DNA of 63,113 nucleotides, filler included, from Guillardia theta CCMP2712 (Eukaryota > Protista > Cryptophyta), in the NCBI RefSeq assembly GCF_000315625.1. It is 4 parts of 4 records of this genome, joined end to end, with 100 filler letters (N's around TTAATTAATTAA, not from the genome) between each part and the next. Parts side by side here need not be neighbours in the genome. Positions count along the whole stretch, not along the records: positions 1 to 23,897 come from NW_005434370.1; 3 more parts are not named here. One strand, 5' to 3'. Within the stretch, counting starts at the first letter, position 1, and each line of letters starts with the position of its first letter. The notes beneath the pieces are model-generated. The model was not told the DNA's origin. It searched no databases and worked only from the letters and a program-made list of their open reading frames with translations. Positions 1-11,348 of the stretch are shown piece after piece. A program made the position numbers and the translations under genes.

Positions 1-120
1 TGCTTCTCCTGCTCTTCCTCTCCTCATTTCTCCTCCTCCTCCCTCTCCTTCCCTCCCCCCTTCCCATTCCCTCTCCCTTCGTTCTTCCTCCTCCCTCGCG
101 TCCTCTCAACTTGTCCTGCA

Positions 121-1393
121 GCCCCTCACAGCCCCTTGGAAGATCGGGGAGACTTCGGCGACCTGCAGAGGTTCTCCGACCCCAGCAGGACTCCAGCTCG
201 CTGACCTGTGGGCAGGTGGTTCTACGAAGGGACTGGAACTACCACCTGGTTCAAGACGCAGGATGGCTGGAGGCTGATGTCCCAGCAGGTCTGGCCTGAG
301 AACGAGCAGGAGGAGGAAGAGAGCTGGAAGCAGGAGGAGGAGCAGGAAGAAGAGGAGGACGAGAAGCAGGAGCAGGAGGAGCAGGAGGAGCAGGAGGAGC
401 AGGAGCAGGAGGAGGTTGATAAAAAGCAAGAGGAGGAGCAGGAGGCAGTGGAGAGGGAGAAGTAGTGGAGTAAGAGACAAGGCGGAGAGAGTGATATTGG
501 ACGATCAGCAGCAGGAGCAGAAGAATGATGGAGCAAGGAGAGCGGGGGCGAACTGATCTTAACCATACAGGACGAGTCTCCAGATGGTGTCCTGTCCATG
601 ACAGACAAGTAAGCAGGAGGAGAAGGAGGGAGGAGGGAGGAGGAGGGAGGAGGAGGGAGGAGGAGGAGCTGAGAACATAGGACAGGGAGAAGCGTTTCAT
701 ACGTCAAGCATTCGAGTATTTCAGGGACTATGACGGTCTCTCCTTCTCCTCCTCTCCTTACTGGGCGGGACTCCTTCCTCCGTTCTGATTCTCGCTCCTC
801 CCTCCCCCCCTTTCCGTAGCCACCTCTTCCTCTTTCTCGTCCTCGTCCTCGTCATCCTCGTCATCCTCCTCCTCCTTCTTCCTTCTCCCCCGCCTGCCTC
901 CTCCTCGTTCTCCTCCTCCTCCTCCTCCTCCTCCTTCTCCTCCTCTCACTCTCTCGCAGTCATCGGCCCCTCCATCATCGCCGGCGGCGACCTGCAGCCC
1001 CAGCAGCTGCAGACCCTCCGCGAGATCTACCAGCTCGTCGAGGTCGAACCCCTCGTAACCGCTAGTCAAACTTATAACGGTCGCAGCGTGGGCCCTGCAA
1101 CCAGGCGCTCAAGTCAACGGACGACGTCCTGATCCTGCAGCTGCGGATCAAGGTTTGACAAGCGACCCTGTCAATGTGCTGGACCCCAGCTGAAGTCTCG
1201 CAGTCGCTCCAGAAGCAGCTGGCGCATAAGTGCGTCATCTGGACCAACACCGAGGATTCGCTGCCGGGAGGGTGAGGGGAGGAGGACGAGGAGGAAGGGG
1301 GTGGAGACGAGGACGAGGACGAGAAGATGAGGAGGACGAGGACGAGGACGAGAAGATGAGGAGAAGAGGACGAGGACGAGAAGATGAGGAGAA

Positions 1394-1437
<44 letters not shown>

Positions 1438-3085
1438 TGGATGAAGAGCTGACATCGCTGCTGCAGGTCTGTAGTTGACAACTGCGTGTCCGAAGACATC
1501 GGCGACGAGATGCTGACCAAAGTCAAGGAGAAGAGATCCAACGTAAGTCCAGCTCGACTCGAGCTGTGGGCTCAGGTCTTGCGGGGGAGGGTTCTGACAC
1601 CCTAGTCGGTCCCCAGGTGAAGACGAGCAAGGACGGACGCGGGAACGAGAGGATCGAGTTCTGGAAGTACCACAAGATGATCGGTGAGTAGAGGAGGAGA
1701 AGCAGGAAGAGGGGGGCGGAAGGAGGAAGGAGGAGGAGGAGGAGGAAGGATGGAGGTGCAGAAGAAGGAGTAGGAGTAGGAGACAAGGACGAGGACGAGG
1801 AGGACGAAGACGAGGAGGAGGACGAAGAGGGGACTGGTCATGAGGCTGGGAGCAGGTCAGATCAGAAAGTCGTACGTGAAGGAGGACCGGCTTCGGCTGC
1901 TGGATACGATCGAGATGTTCACTCCGACGTACAAGGCGATGATCAAGAAGTTCTCGTCTGCAGAAGAAGACGACCACAAGATGAGCGACGAGCATCTGCA
2001 GGTGAGAGGAGGGGGACGGGAAGGAGGAGGAGGACGAGAAGAAAGGAGGAGGACCAGGGCGAGGACGAGGACGAGGAGGACGCGAACGAGGACCAACACC
2101 AAGACTGGGAAGAACGAGGAAACATTTAGACAAGACGAAGGGAATGTAGGAAAGATGAAGCAGGATGTGGAAGAAGATTTGAAAGCAATGGTGAAGGAAG
2201 AAAGGAAGAAAGAAAGGAGGATGGAGATACAAGAAGCTGCGGGAGATATCGAGTTAACGGGACGGCAGGTCATCGTGAATGCTGCTTCTCTTGCAATCGA
2301 TCTCAACATGCCCGACTGCCTCGAGGACAAGATCGCTTGCTTCACCAAGCACCACATCGAGATGGTGCGAGAGAGAGAGGGTGGGGGGGGGCGAGGGGGG
2401 GCAAGAGAGAGGGAATGGGAAGAAGGAGAAGCAGGAAGTGAGGATGGAGGGTGAGGAGGAGGAGAGGGAATGAGGGGGGGGGGGAGGAGGACGAGAAGGA
2501 GGACGAGGAGGACGAGGACGAGGACGAGGAGGCTGACGGAGGCTGACGGAGGAGGAGAAGCAGGCTGATGGAGGAGGAGGAGGAGGAGGAGGAGGAGGAG
2601 GAGGAGGAGGCTGACAGTCTAAAAGGTTTTGGGTCCCACCTGGCATGTTTTGTTGGTCGCTCCTTCGGTTTTTGCATCACCACGACGGCTCGTCACTACG
2701 TGCAGCTGAGAATGTACCACTTCGAGGTGAGAGAGAGAGGAAGAGAGAGGAGGACAGGACGGGAGGGGAGAGGAGAGGAGGGGAGGGGAGGGGAGGGGAG
2801 AGGAGAGGAGAGGAGGGGAGAGGAGAGGAGGGGAAGGGAAAAAGGAGGAGAAGAGGGAAGAGGGAGCGGGAGAGGGAGAGGGAGAGGGAGAGGGAGAGGG
2901 AGAGGGAGGGGGCGGGAGAAGGGGGGAGGGAAAGGGTGATTGGAAATGAGGATGAGGGAAGTGGAAGGAAGAGCAGTTGAGGAGGATGAGGAAGAGGAGC
3001 TGCTGACTGTACGTTGCAGTTCCTTGTGTTCAAGATGGACCCGGACAACTCGTCTCTCAAGAAGAAGAAGGACATCACGGGATAG
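121..3085 (+). CDS. Multi-exon protein with C-terminal dynein light chain type 1 (LC8-like) domain; 5' end probably outside window
   Basis: About 12 short AG/GT-bounded exons (e.g. 1855-2000, 2269-2364, 2619-2727, 3020-3085). The last ones read KMSDEHLQ-VIVNAASLAID..IACFTKHHIEM..GFGSHLACFVGRSFGFCITTTARHYVQLRMYHFE-FLVFK, matching the LC8 pattern DMS..MQ..A..A....IA..IK..FD...G..WHC.VG..FG..VT.....FI......ILLFK. Phase at the 2364/2619 junction is unresolved. Confidence 0.65.
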
Positions 3086-3330
3086 AAGGAGCAGAGCTTT
3101 TCTTCCCCGCCGGCCCCTCCCTCTTCCTCTTCCTCTTCCTCTTCCCCCTTGCCTCCTCTCCGCTGACACGCTCCAATCTACCTACCCTTGCCGCTCTCCC
3201 CCTCCCTCCTCCCTCCTCCCTCCTCTGCCAACTTTTTGCTCCTAAGGAATGAAAGGCAACAGCAGGAGAAGTAGGAGGAGGCAGAGTTGACGGCTCTCAA
3301 TCATAGTACACTAGATCGCATGCTCACTGC

Positions 3331-3453
3331 TCAAAACGCTTGCTCCCACCAGAACACCTCGGGCGCGTATCCGTGAACGTTGTGGAGCAGCGCAAACATC
3401 ATCCCCATCGTCGACATGACGGGCATGACGCTGAACTCTCCGAAGACCCACTG
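3331..3453 (-). CDS. Terminal exon of an unknown, probably membrane, protein; upstream exons lost in gap
   Basis: CAG acceptor after a pyrimidine-rich intron, then WVFGEFSVMPVMSTMGMMFALLHNVHGYAPEVFWWEQAF-stop with GC3-rich codons. Confidence 0.5.
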   Translation of the reverse strand, partial: QWVFGEFSVMPVMSTMGMMFALLHNVHGYAPEVFWWEQAF

Positions 3454-3886
3454 CGAGGAGCGAGTGAGGAGGGGGCAGTGAAGGAGAGAGAAACGAGAGA
3501 GGAGAGAGGAGAGATAGGAAAGGAGGAGAGGGAAAGGAGAGGAGGAAGAGAGTTGAGAGGGGAGGAGAACAACATGGGAGTGAAGAGAGGGGAGTGCACT
3601 GCTAGCAGGAGAAAGGGAAGGAAGCAGGAGGCGCAGCGAGAGCGGATAGGGAAGAAAGCGGGATGGAGGAGCAAGGACAGGAGGGAGTGGAGGGAGAGGA
3701 GAGGAGAGGAGAGGAGAGGAGAGGAGAGGAGAGGAGAGGAGAGGAGAGGAGGAGGAGGAGGAGGGAGGAGGAGGGAGGGAGGAGGANNNNNNNNNNNNNN
3801 NNNNNNNNNNNNNNNNNNNNNNNNNNNNNNNNNNNNNNNNNNNNNNNNNNNNNNNNNNNNNNNNNNNNNNNNNNNNNNNNNNNNNN

Positions 3887-4385
3887 CGCTCCTCGGCAAT
3901 CCCTGCGTGTGCGACAAGGGATGGCAGAGCGACGCGACGAGCGCGACCTCGTTGCGCTACTGCAGCATCCCGGTGACCCAATCGCGGCCGGGCAGCTCGA
4001 GCAGTCTGCCGATGAAGCTGTGGGAGATGGTAGTCATCATCGTGTGCTGTGCCTTTGTTGTGTTCGTGACCTGCCTGGTTGTCATCGTCCGCTTGTGCAA
4101 GTCAAGCATGAGCATGGAGAAAATGCGCGACTCCCTCGTCGTTGTCAACGATCCCTTTGACCTCCCTGTCGATCAGCCCCAGCTCTCGCCAAGCGGTAGC
4201 CTTCACTCCTCCTCCTCCTGCTTCTTGAGGTTTCCGTTGCAGAGGTCAAAGAAACGCTCGGAGACCAGAGGAGAGGAGAGAGGAGAGGAGAGGAGACCTG
4301 GGTCATGAGGATCATCTGAAGCATAAGAGCACCGAGCTCGAGGACGTCAACGGAGAGTCCGATGATTGTCGAGAACCTACAGTGA
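3887..4385 (+). CDS. 3' part of a single-pass membrane protein with a juxtamembrane Cys (EGF-like) motif
   Basis: NPCVCDKGWQ...YC followed by hydrophobic MVVIIVCCAFVVFVTCLVVIV and basic RLCK. Truncated by the gap; last exon uncertain. Confidence 0.55.
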
Positions 4386-4539
4386 CAGTGAGCGGGACAG
4401 AGGAGGAGCAGAAGCAAGATTAAGGCTGGGGGCAAGGAAGAGGGAAGGAGAGAAAGGAGAGAGGAACGAAGGAAGATGAGAGAGGGAGCGAGGGAGCGAG
4501 AAAGGGAGGGAGGGAGGGAGGGAGGGAGGACGAGGTCGT

Positions 4540-6130
4540 CAAGGAGCAAGAGGAGTATCACGGTTCAGCTGATGGCAAAGAGAGGAGGAGGAAGGGAAAG
4601 ACTCACCATCTCCTCTGCTCGCTGCCCACACCGTAGTCAACAGCAGCCTTGAGGTACCTGAAGGCAGAGGAACGTGAGAAGGCAAGATGTGATGGGGAGA
4701 GGAAGGAGAGAGAGAGGAAGAAGGGGGGGGGAGGGAAGGATGCAACGAGAGCAAGGGCTGGGAAGAGTTTGAGAAAGGGGAAGAGAGGACTAGGAGGACG
4801 AAGAGGAGGAGGAAGGGGAGGCAAGGGAGTAGGAAGGGGAGGAGGAGGAGGAGGAGGAGGAGGAGGAGGAGGAGGAGGAGGAGGAGGAGGAGGAGGGAGG
4901 GAGGGAGGTAGGGGAGGAGGAGGAGGAGGAGGAGGAGGAGGAGAAGTGGACGAGAAGAATAAGAGTAGGAGGTGAGAAGAGACATTCTTATGGCAGTGAT
5001 CACGGCGATCACAGTCGCAATGGTGGCAGCAACAGACGACATGGTCAGGGCCTGCAAGGAGTCTCAGCCCAGCAGCAGCCCAGCTGTCGGCCCTCCAAAC
5101 CCACCACGAAGTACGCGAGGAAGATCCTCATACGATGCCAGCGGGTCGGCGAGACATACCTCCTGCTCACAAACATCAGCAACATCAGCACGATCCTCAC
5201 TGTTATCCCAGTCCTCGTCCTCGTCCTCCTCCGTCGCCACCACCACCACCTCCTCCTCCTCCCTCCCTCCCTCCCTCCCTCCCTCCCTCCCCTTCTGTTT
5301 CCCCTCCCTCCTGTAGCCGACCTGGCGAACAGCCGCACAAACCCTCCCACAGCTAGCATGGCAAGGAAGACGCGGAAGAGGATGGGAAGCCAGACAGGCT
5401 CTACCCGCATTCTGCATCATCTTCAGGACATGCGGGAGCAGAGCAGCAGAGAGCACTTGGTTGCAGCTGCTGCGCAGCAAAACGAGCCCACCGCCAGCCC
5501 CACCAGCCCGGCGCCAGCAGCCGTCCTGCCTTGCCTTCTCGTGACGTCCACCAGACTGCATGAGGAAGAGAGGGAAGAGTAGATGGAGGAGGACGAAGAT
5601 GAGGAGACAGGAGGAGGAGGAGAAGGAGAAGGAGGAGTAGGAAACAGCGAGATGAGGGAAAAGCGAGATGAGGAGAGAGGAGGAGGAGAGAGTAAGAAAG
5701 ATGGGAAAAGAGGGGGGCAGAAAGAGAGGACAGGAAGGGCAAGAAGGAATTGCAGGAGAAAAGAGCGGAGGGAAAGGAAGAAGGAGATGTTAGCACTGAG
5801 CTTGCACAGCATCGTCATCCTCCACCTGCAGATACATTCTCGCGCATCCACATTCACGACCTTGCGGGGCGAGGAGCAGATCAGGTCGACCACCCCCCTG
5901 CAAGCCCTCGACTGCCAGGAGACGTCAGGGGTCCGCGAGCAAGAGGACGCGTCTCTGTGCTCACAACGTAGCTGTAACAGGACGCGACGCCGTTGCACTC
6001 ATGGCGAGTGGAGGAGACGTCATGTCCTCCGTCCGTCACTTCCCCTGGGACAGCTCTCAGGGCCATGGCCGGAGACAGCAAGATTCGAGGAACCTGAGGT
6101 TGATCGATGCGGGTCTGTACCAGCAACACT
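4540..6130 (-). CDS. Putative multi-exon multipass membrane protein, unknown function
   Basis: Non-repetitive islands between microsatellite introns encode hydrophobic helices: WLPILFRVFLAMLAVGGFVRLFAR, GITVRIVLMLLMFVSRRY..MRIFLAYFVV, ALTMSSVAATIATVIAVITAIR. Boundaries not resolved. Confidence 0.4.
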
Positions 6131-7704
6131 TGACATGGCGTGTAGTTTCAAGCTCTGCTCTTGTCTCTTCTCCCTCTAGCCGACTTTCGCCTGTTGTCTG
6201 CTCTCTTTGTCGTCCTGTAAACTCAATCAAGGAATGAAACATGCGAGCGCTACAACGGCGGCATTTGAGGTGCTCGATTGTGAGGCCATACTCTATCTTC
6301 TCTCTCCTTCATTCAGCTCATCCCCTTCTCACTTGTCTGCTCATTCCTAGTTCGTTTCGAGCCCCTCGGATCTTTCTGACCATGCTCCACAATGCATTTC
6401 TTTAACATGTAGTGGGTGCTTCAGATGCCTCAACTAGTCAGTTTCCTCAATGATCAGCTGTCCCATCCGTTCCGTCCAAGACCCCTAGCATTCAACCTCC
6501 CCAGCATCAACCCCCCCGTGTTATAGCTTGCTCTTTCCTTTCTGCTCCGCTCTTCAAACCCGTCCCATCCTGACTGCATCCTTCCCGTCGAACTTATAGT
6601 CCTTCTCGTCCTCTCTTCGCCCACCACTCCTCTTCCCTCTCTCCTTCTCTCCTTCTCTCTTCATGCCTCTCCGCTCTCCCCTTGCATCACAACCTCTATC
6701 CCTCTAATCCGTCTACCCTTCAATCCCTCTTCTCCCTCTTCTCCCTCTTCTCCCTTCTTTCCTTCTTTCCCTCGCTGACTCTCTCCCTCTCTCCCTCTCT
6801 CCCTTCCCATCTCCATCCCTGTCTGGCTGTCTTTCCATCCTTCAATCACTTCATCTTCCCTCCTCCCTCCCTCCTTCTCTCTTCCTCTTCCTCTTCCTCC
6901 TCCTCTTCGTCCCGTCTTTGTCTTTCTACCATCAGCGGCTTTTTGCACAGCTCAAAGTGGGGTCAGAGGTGGGTAGGGTACCCATCTTGGTTCCCATCAT
7001 TCGGGTACAAAATGAGCATTAAACTGGGGTAGTCATGTGGTAGGGTGGGTAGTGGTGTGGAGGGTATCAAATGCGGGGGATAAAATACTTTTAGTGGTTA
7101 ATTATTGGAGCTAATCCAATTACACACCACCCACCTTAGAACGCTGAAATTCACCGGTACTACACCAGCTGGGTATTGCACCTACGTTTTCTCGGAGAAT
7201 AGTACCGGTCAAGGTGATCAGTACCCTAAGTACCCTGATATTGACTGTAAATAGTACCGGTACTGAATACTACCCACCTCTATCTCACTATCTTGAGCTA
7301 TTTGGTACCGGTATGTATCGACCTTCCCAGCGAAAGACCGGCCAATTCAACATGGAGGATTAGGAACGATCAGAATCGGGAGGAGGGGGAGGGAGAGGAA
7401 AGACGAAGTGAAGATAGGAAGGAGAGATATCAGAGATGATGAGGGTTGAGAAGTTGAAGAGAATGATAGAAGTGCCGTGTGCGAGACAAGACTCGTCAGG
7501 GTCAACGTGTGGACAGAGGAAGAGAACCAAGCGAGAAGGGGAGGACAAGCTAAATGAAGCAAGATGGTTCAAGGAAGCGATTCGTATGGAACCCGATGAA
7601 GCACGATGGTAGAACCATTGGAGACAACCCCCCGTTCACGGGCTTGACGCGCTTCTGACCTACCATTGCAGGTGCCCGAGGAGCTGTAGTGCGATCCATT
7701 AGCC

Positions 7705-8736
7705 ATGTCGTTGGACATCTTCAAGTCCCTCAACCTTGAAGGGCTCAACCTCAACTTCTGGGAGGCGAAGAGCAACGAGGAGGTGCGGTTGCCGGAGTCG
7801 CAAGAGCTGCCACCCGAGCCTCCATTGAACAAGGAGTTCGTGGAGGACACCTTCACCCGTGTTGGGTCCGTGGGCTTCTCTCGGGTCGAGTCGAACGCGT
7901 CAGAGAGGAGGAGGAGGTATGGCTCTCCCGATGTCGAGTTCAAGAGGACGAGGAGCAGGGAGTCGGTGGCAAGCCAGACCATGGCGTACCAGAACGCGCT
8001 GCAAGAGCTGCAGGAGCTCAAGAAGGAGAACAACATGCTGCACCTCATGAAGAAGAAATACGTGTACAGGAGGGACAGGCTGCTATCGACAGAAGAGAAC
8101 GCGCACATGACCTTCGCCAAGGAGGCGCCTCGGAGCATCGTGGAGGAGGAGAGGACGAGGATACACGGGTACGTGGACTCCAACGTGTCCGTCCCGACGA
8201 GGAAATCGGGGGACCATGCGATGCTCGAGATCTCAAGGAACCGCACGTCCAACTTCCGCTGCGCCAGCCCCGTGGGCACACTCGTCCTGCGAGACTGCGA
8301 CAGCGTCTTCGTCATGGTGGAGGCGTGCTCCAAGCTCTACATCGAGAACTGCTCGCACAGCCGCGTCGTGGTGGGGTCCTGCCTGCCTCCTGCTAGCATC
8401 GTCTCCAGCGAGGACTGTGTCATCCTGTGCCACATCGACTCTGATCACCGGGTGTCGATCTCGAGCAGCTGCAGCAAGGGGATAGTCATCAGATACCTCG
8501 AGAGAGCAGTGGAGGACGCGGTCGCGTTGCTGGAGAGTCAAGCAGAGGCCAAGTCCGTCACCATCCCGTGCCTGCTCAACGCTAATGTCCACGGAACGAT
8601 CATCGAGTGCTCGCTCAAGCTCGACGACGACGACGATGACGACGATCCGCAGGACCAGATTGTTCAGTTCCTTTGTAGGAAGGATTTGCTGTTGGTGGAC
8701 TCAGAACGCTCGTACACGAGGGTACGCCTGCTATGA
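7705..8736 (+). CDS. Intronless 343-aa protein with coiled coil and CAP_C/TBCC-like (CARP) beta-helix
   Basis: Long clean ORF with GCC-ATG start. The C-terminal half shows the beta-helix rhythm TLVLRDCDSVFV..KLYIENCSHSRVVVG..ASIVSSEDCVILC. Confidence 0.6.
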   Translation: MSLDIFKSLNLEGLNLNFWEAKSNEEVRLPESQELPPEPPLNKEFVEDTFTRVGSVGFSRVESNASERRRRYGSPDVEFKRTRSRESVASQTMAYQNALQELQELKKENNMLHLMKKKYVYRRDRLLSTEENAHMTFAKEAPRSIVEEERTRIHGYVDSNVSVPTRKSGDHAMLEISRNRTSNFRCASPVGTLVLRDCDSVFVMVEACSKLYIENCSHSRVVVGSCLPPASIVSSEDCVILCHIDSDHRVSISSSCSKGIVIRYLERAVEDAVALLESQAEAKSVTIPCLLNANVHGTIIECSLKLDDDDDDDDPQDQIVQFLCRKDLLLVDSERSYTRVRLL

Positions 8737-9185
8737 CTTGCCTGTGCTCGACTTACAGAGACTGCAGGGGGCAGGAGAGACCTTCATCAAAGTTGAAGCG
8801 AAGGAGAAGGAGAAGGAGAAGGAGGAGATTCAGCCGCAGCAGCCGCAGAGGCAGAGGGAGGCGAAGAAGCCCCTCAAAGAGACAAAGAGAGTCATCCCTA
8901 ACGCGACTTTCCGGAGGAGGAAGAACTCCGTCATCGATTAACTTCAGCAGCATGCGGACTTGCGATTAACTGCAGTAGCATGCGAACTTGTTGACAAGGT
9001 CGCAGAGCAGAGGGCAAGGTAGAGATGAGACTTGATTGAAACATGTTGATACGGCACATCGTTCGATCGTAATGAGGGATGTTGCCGCTCCTGCCCCTGC
9101 CCCTGCTCCTGCCCCTGCTGCTGATGGGTGTATGCTGAACAAGCAGCAGCAGACATGGCGAGAGGTCAAGGGCGACTCGCTGCCC

Positions 9186-9820
9186 TCACTCCACCAGCGC
9201 AATGGAATCATTCTTCTCCTCAAACTGGACGGCCAGCCTGACGCTCATGCTCACCCCGGAGACAACAAAGTCAACCTGTGCCATCGCAATAAATCCAGAC
9301 GGCAACTCAGGCTCCTGCCCTCTTTCACTGACCTGGTTGCCGTTGTGCTTGAACACGATCCTCCCCTCCTCCAGGAGGACCTGCAGCACGTCTCCTTCCT
9401 TGAGAGCTGGGACGACCCTCTCTCTTCCTCGCTCCTCGTGTTTGACGAGCACCTGGTTGCCGTTTCTCACAGAACCGTCGCTGCCATAGTACCAAACTCT
9501 GTCCATCCCCTCACTGCTCCACCACTCCTTCCCAAGCGGCCAGTCGACGTCCTAGGAGGCGGCAGTCAGCAGTCGCGCCCTCCGTCTTCCCTCCTGCCCA
9601 ACACCTCCAATCCGATGTAGATCATGCCGGAGAGCTGCAGAAGCTGAACCTTCCAGCTCGCCGCTCGTTTCACTTCAATCACAGCAGCGCACTGAACCTA
9701 GAGGATGAAGCCTCGATTAAGTGCGGAGGGCAGAAGCAGGTCTTGAGGGGTCAGTATAGAGACACCATGAAATGGAGAGATAAGGGAGCGGGAAGAGCGG
9801 GGAAGCAGGACAAAAGAGGA

Positions 9821-9865
<45 letters not shown>

Positions 9866-10409
9866 GGAAGAGGAGGATAACAGGTGACGGAATCAGAGGA
9901 AAGAACCTCGGGAACGACTTGCCCGAAGTAATCTGGTGCCGCATGGACGCACTTCGCAACCCTGCGATGGTCCAGCAGCTGAACGAACGGATGCTGCGCG
10001 AATTTCCCGGAGCCGACGAGGGAGAAGGAGGACCAGGTGCTCTTGAGCATGGCGAAGAGTGTGTCCTCATCGAACTGAGGCGGAGCAAGGGTCAAGAGGA
10101 CGATACCTTCAGCCCAAGGGCCCGTCACAACCCCGCTCCCTTTCTCACCTCCTGTTTCACCAGCGAGACGCAGTCCCCCTTCCTGCTGAGCTGGACGGCG
10201 AAGTAGAGGTTCGGGCCCACGACGTCGGGGATCACCTGCTGTAGAGGAACCCCGTTGAGGTGGAGGGAGAGAATGGTCTCGCTGATCGTCATGGATATGG
10301 TGTCCCCCTGCCCCGCTGGAGGAGCTTGCTTCCCTATCGACCTCGCGCCGTTGCCTGCCCATACTTTGTCAGCTGCTTCTGCAAGGAGGAGGAGGCAGGA
10401 CAGTAGGAC

Positions 10410-10475
<66 letters not shown>

Positions 10476-11348
10476 CAGGGGAAGAAGAAGGAGCAGCAGG
10501 AGCAGGAGCAGCAGGAGCAGCAGGAGCATTAATGACTCACGCAGGGCGCCTTCATTGCAGTAGTACCAGACCAGGTCCTTCATCTCCGGCTTTCGGAAGG
10601 GCCGCCCGAGCTCCCCGTCGCCCCGCACGATCCCGAGATTCACTGCTCCCCTCGCCACCTCGAGCCTCATCTGTACCCTCACCACCGACCCTGGAGGGAT
10701 GGAGAAGCTGCAGTGAGCTGTGGGCGCCTCCTCAATCTCCTTGTTCTCCGTTGCCTGACGGCCAAGGTCAGAGGGGAAAACACCCCATCCCCTCCTCCCT
10801 AAGCAGGACCAGCGTGCACCACCCCCTGTTCCCTCAACGGTACTTTTTCCTCATGACCCCCTCCTCCCTCAACGGGACTAGCACATATCACCCCCTCCTC
10901 CCTCAACGGGACTAGCACATATCACCCCCTCCTCCCTCAACGGGACTAGCACATATCACCCCCTCCTCCCGCACCTTGACGAAGGGGACGCCGTCGAACG
11001 ACCCGATCTCCACCGTGCTTGTTCGAGCCCCAAACTCCAGGGGGATGCTGCTGCTAGCATGCAGGTCCTTGGTCTTCCAGAGCTTGTCCTCCTTCTGCCT
11101 AACCAGGAGTTTCATCCTCTGCGTCCTCTCCTACCTTCAGAAGCGACCAAGTTGTGATCGATACAATCCTGTAGCGTGCGATAGCAAGCCTCACAGGAGC
11201 TTCGGTGTCAGATCATGATCAGATCTTCTGCATTGCGGCAGGACACATTTAACCTTTGCTACACATGATTGCCAGAGTCACTTCAGCCTCCTGCTGCCGC
11301 TGCTCAACGGCTGCTGCATCCTACGCAGGAGGATGGCGGCACTTGCCA
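9186..11348 (-). CDS. Multi-exon protein with two SPRY/B30.2-like (ConA-fold) domains
   Basis: Two similar modules: VNLGIV..VWYYCNEG..GQGDTISMTI....LSLHLNG....LYFAVQL and IYIGL..VWYYGSDG..KEGDVLQVLL....IVFKHNG....LAVQF. Confidence 0.6.
10857..10970 (+). repeat. 34-bp intronic minisatellite, about 3.3 copies
   Basis: Unit CCCCCTCCTCCCTCAACGGGACTAGCACATATCA repeated in tandem. Confidence 0.9.
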
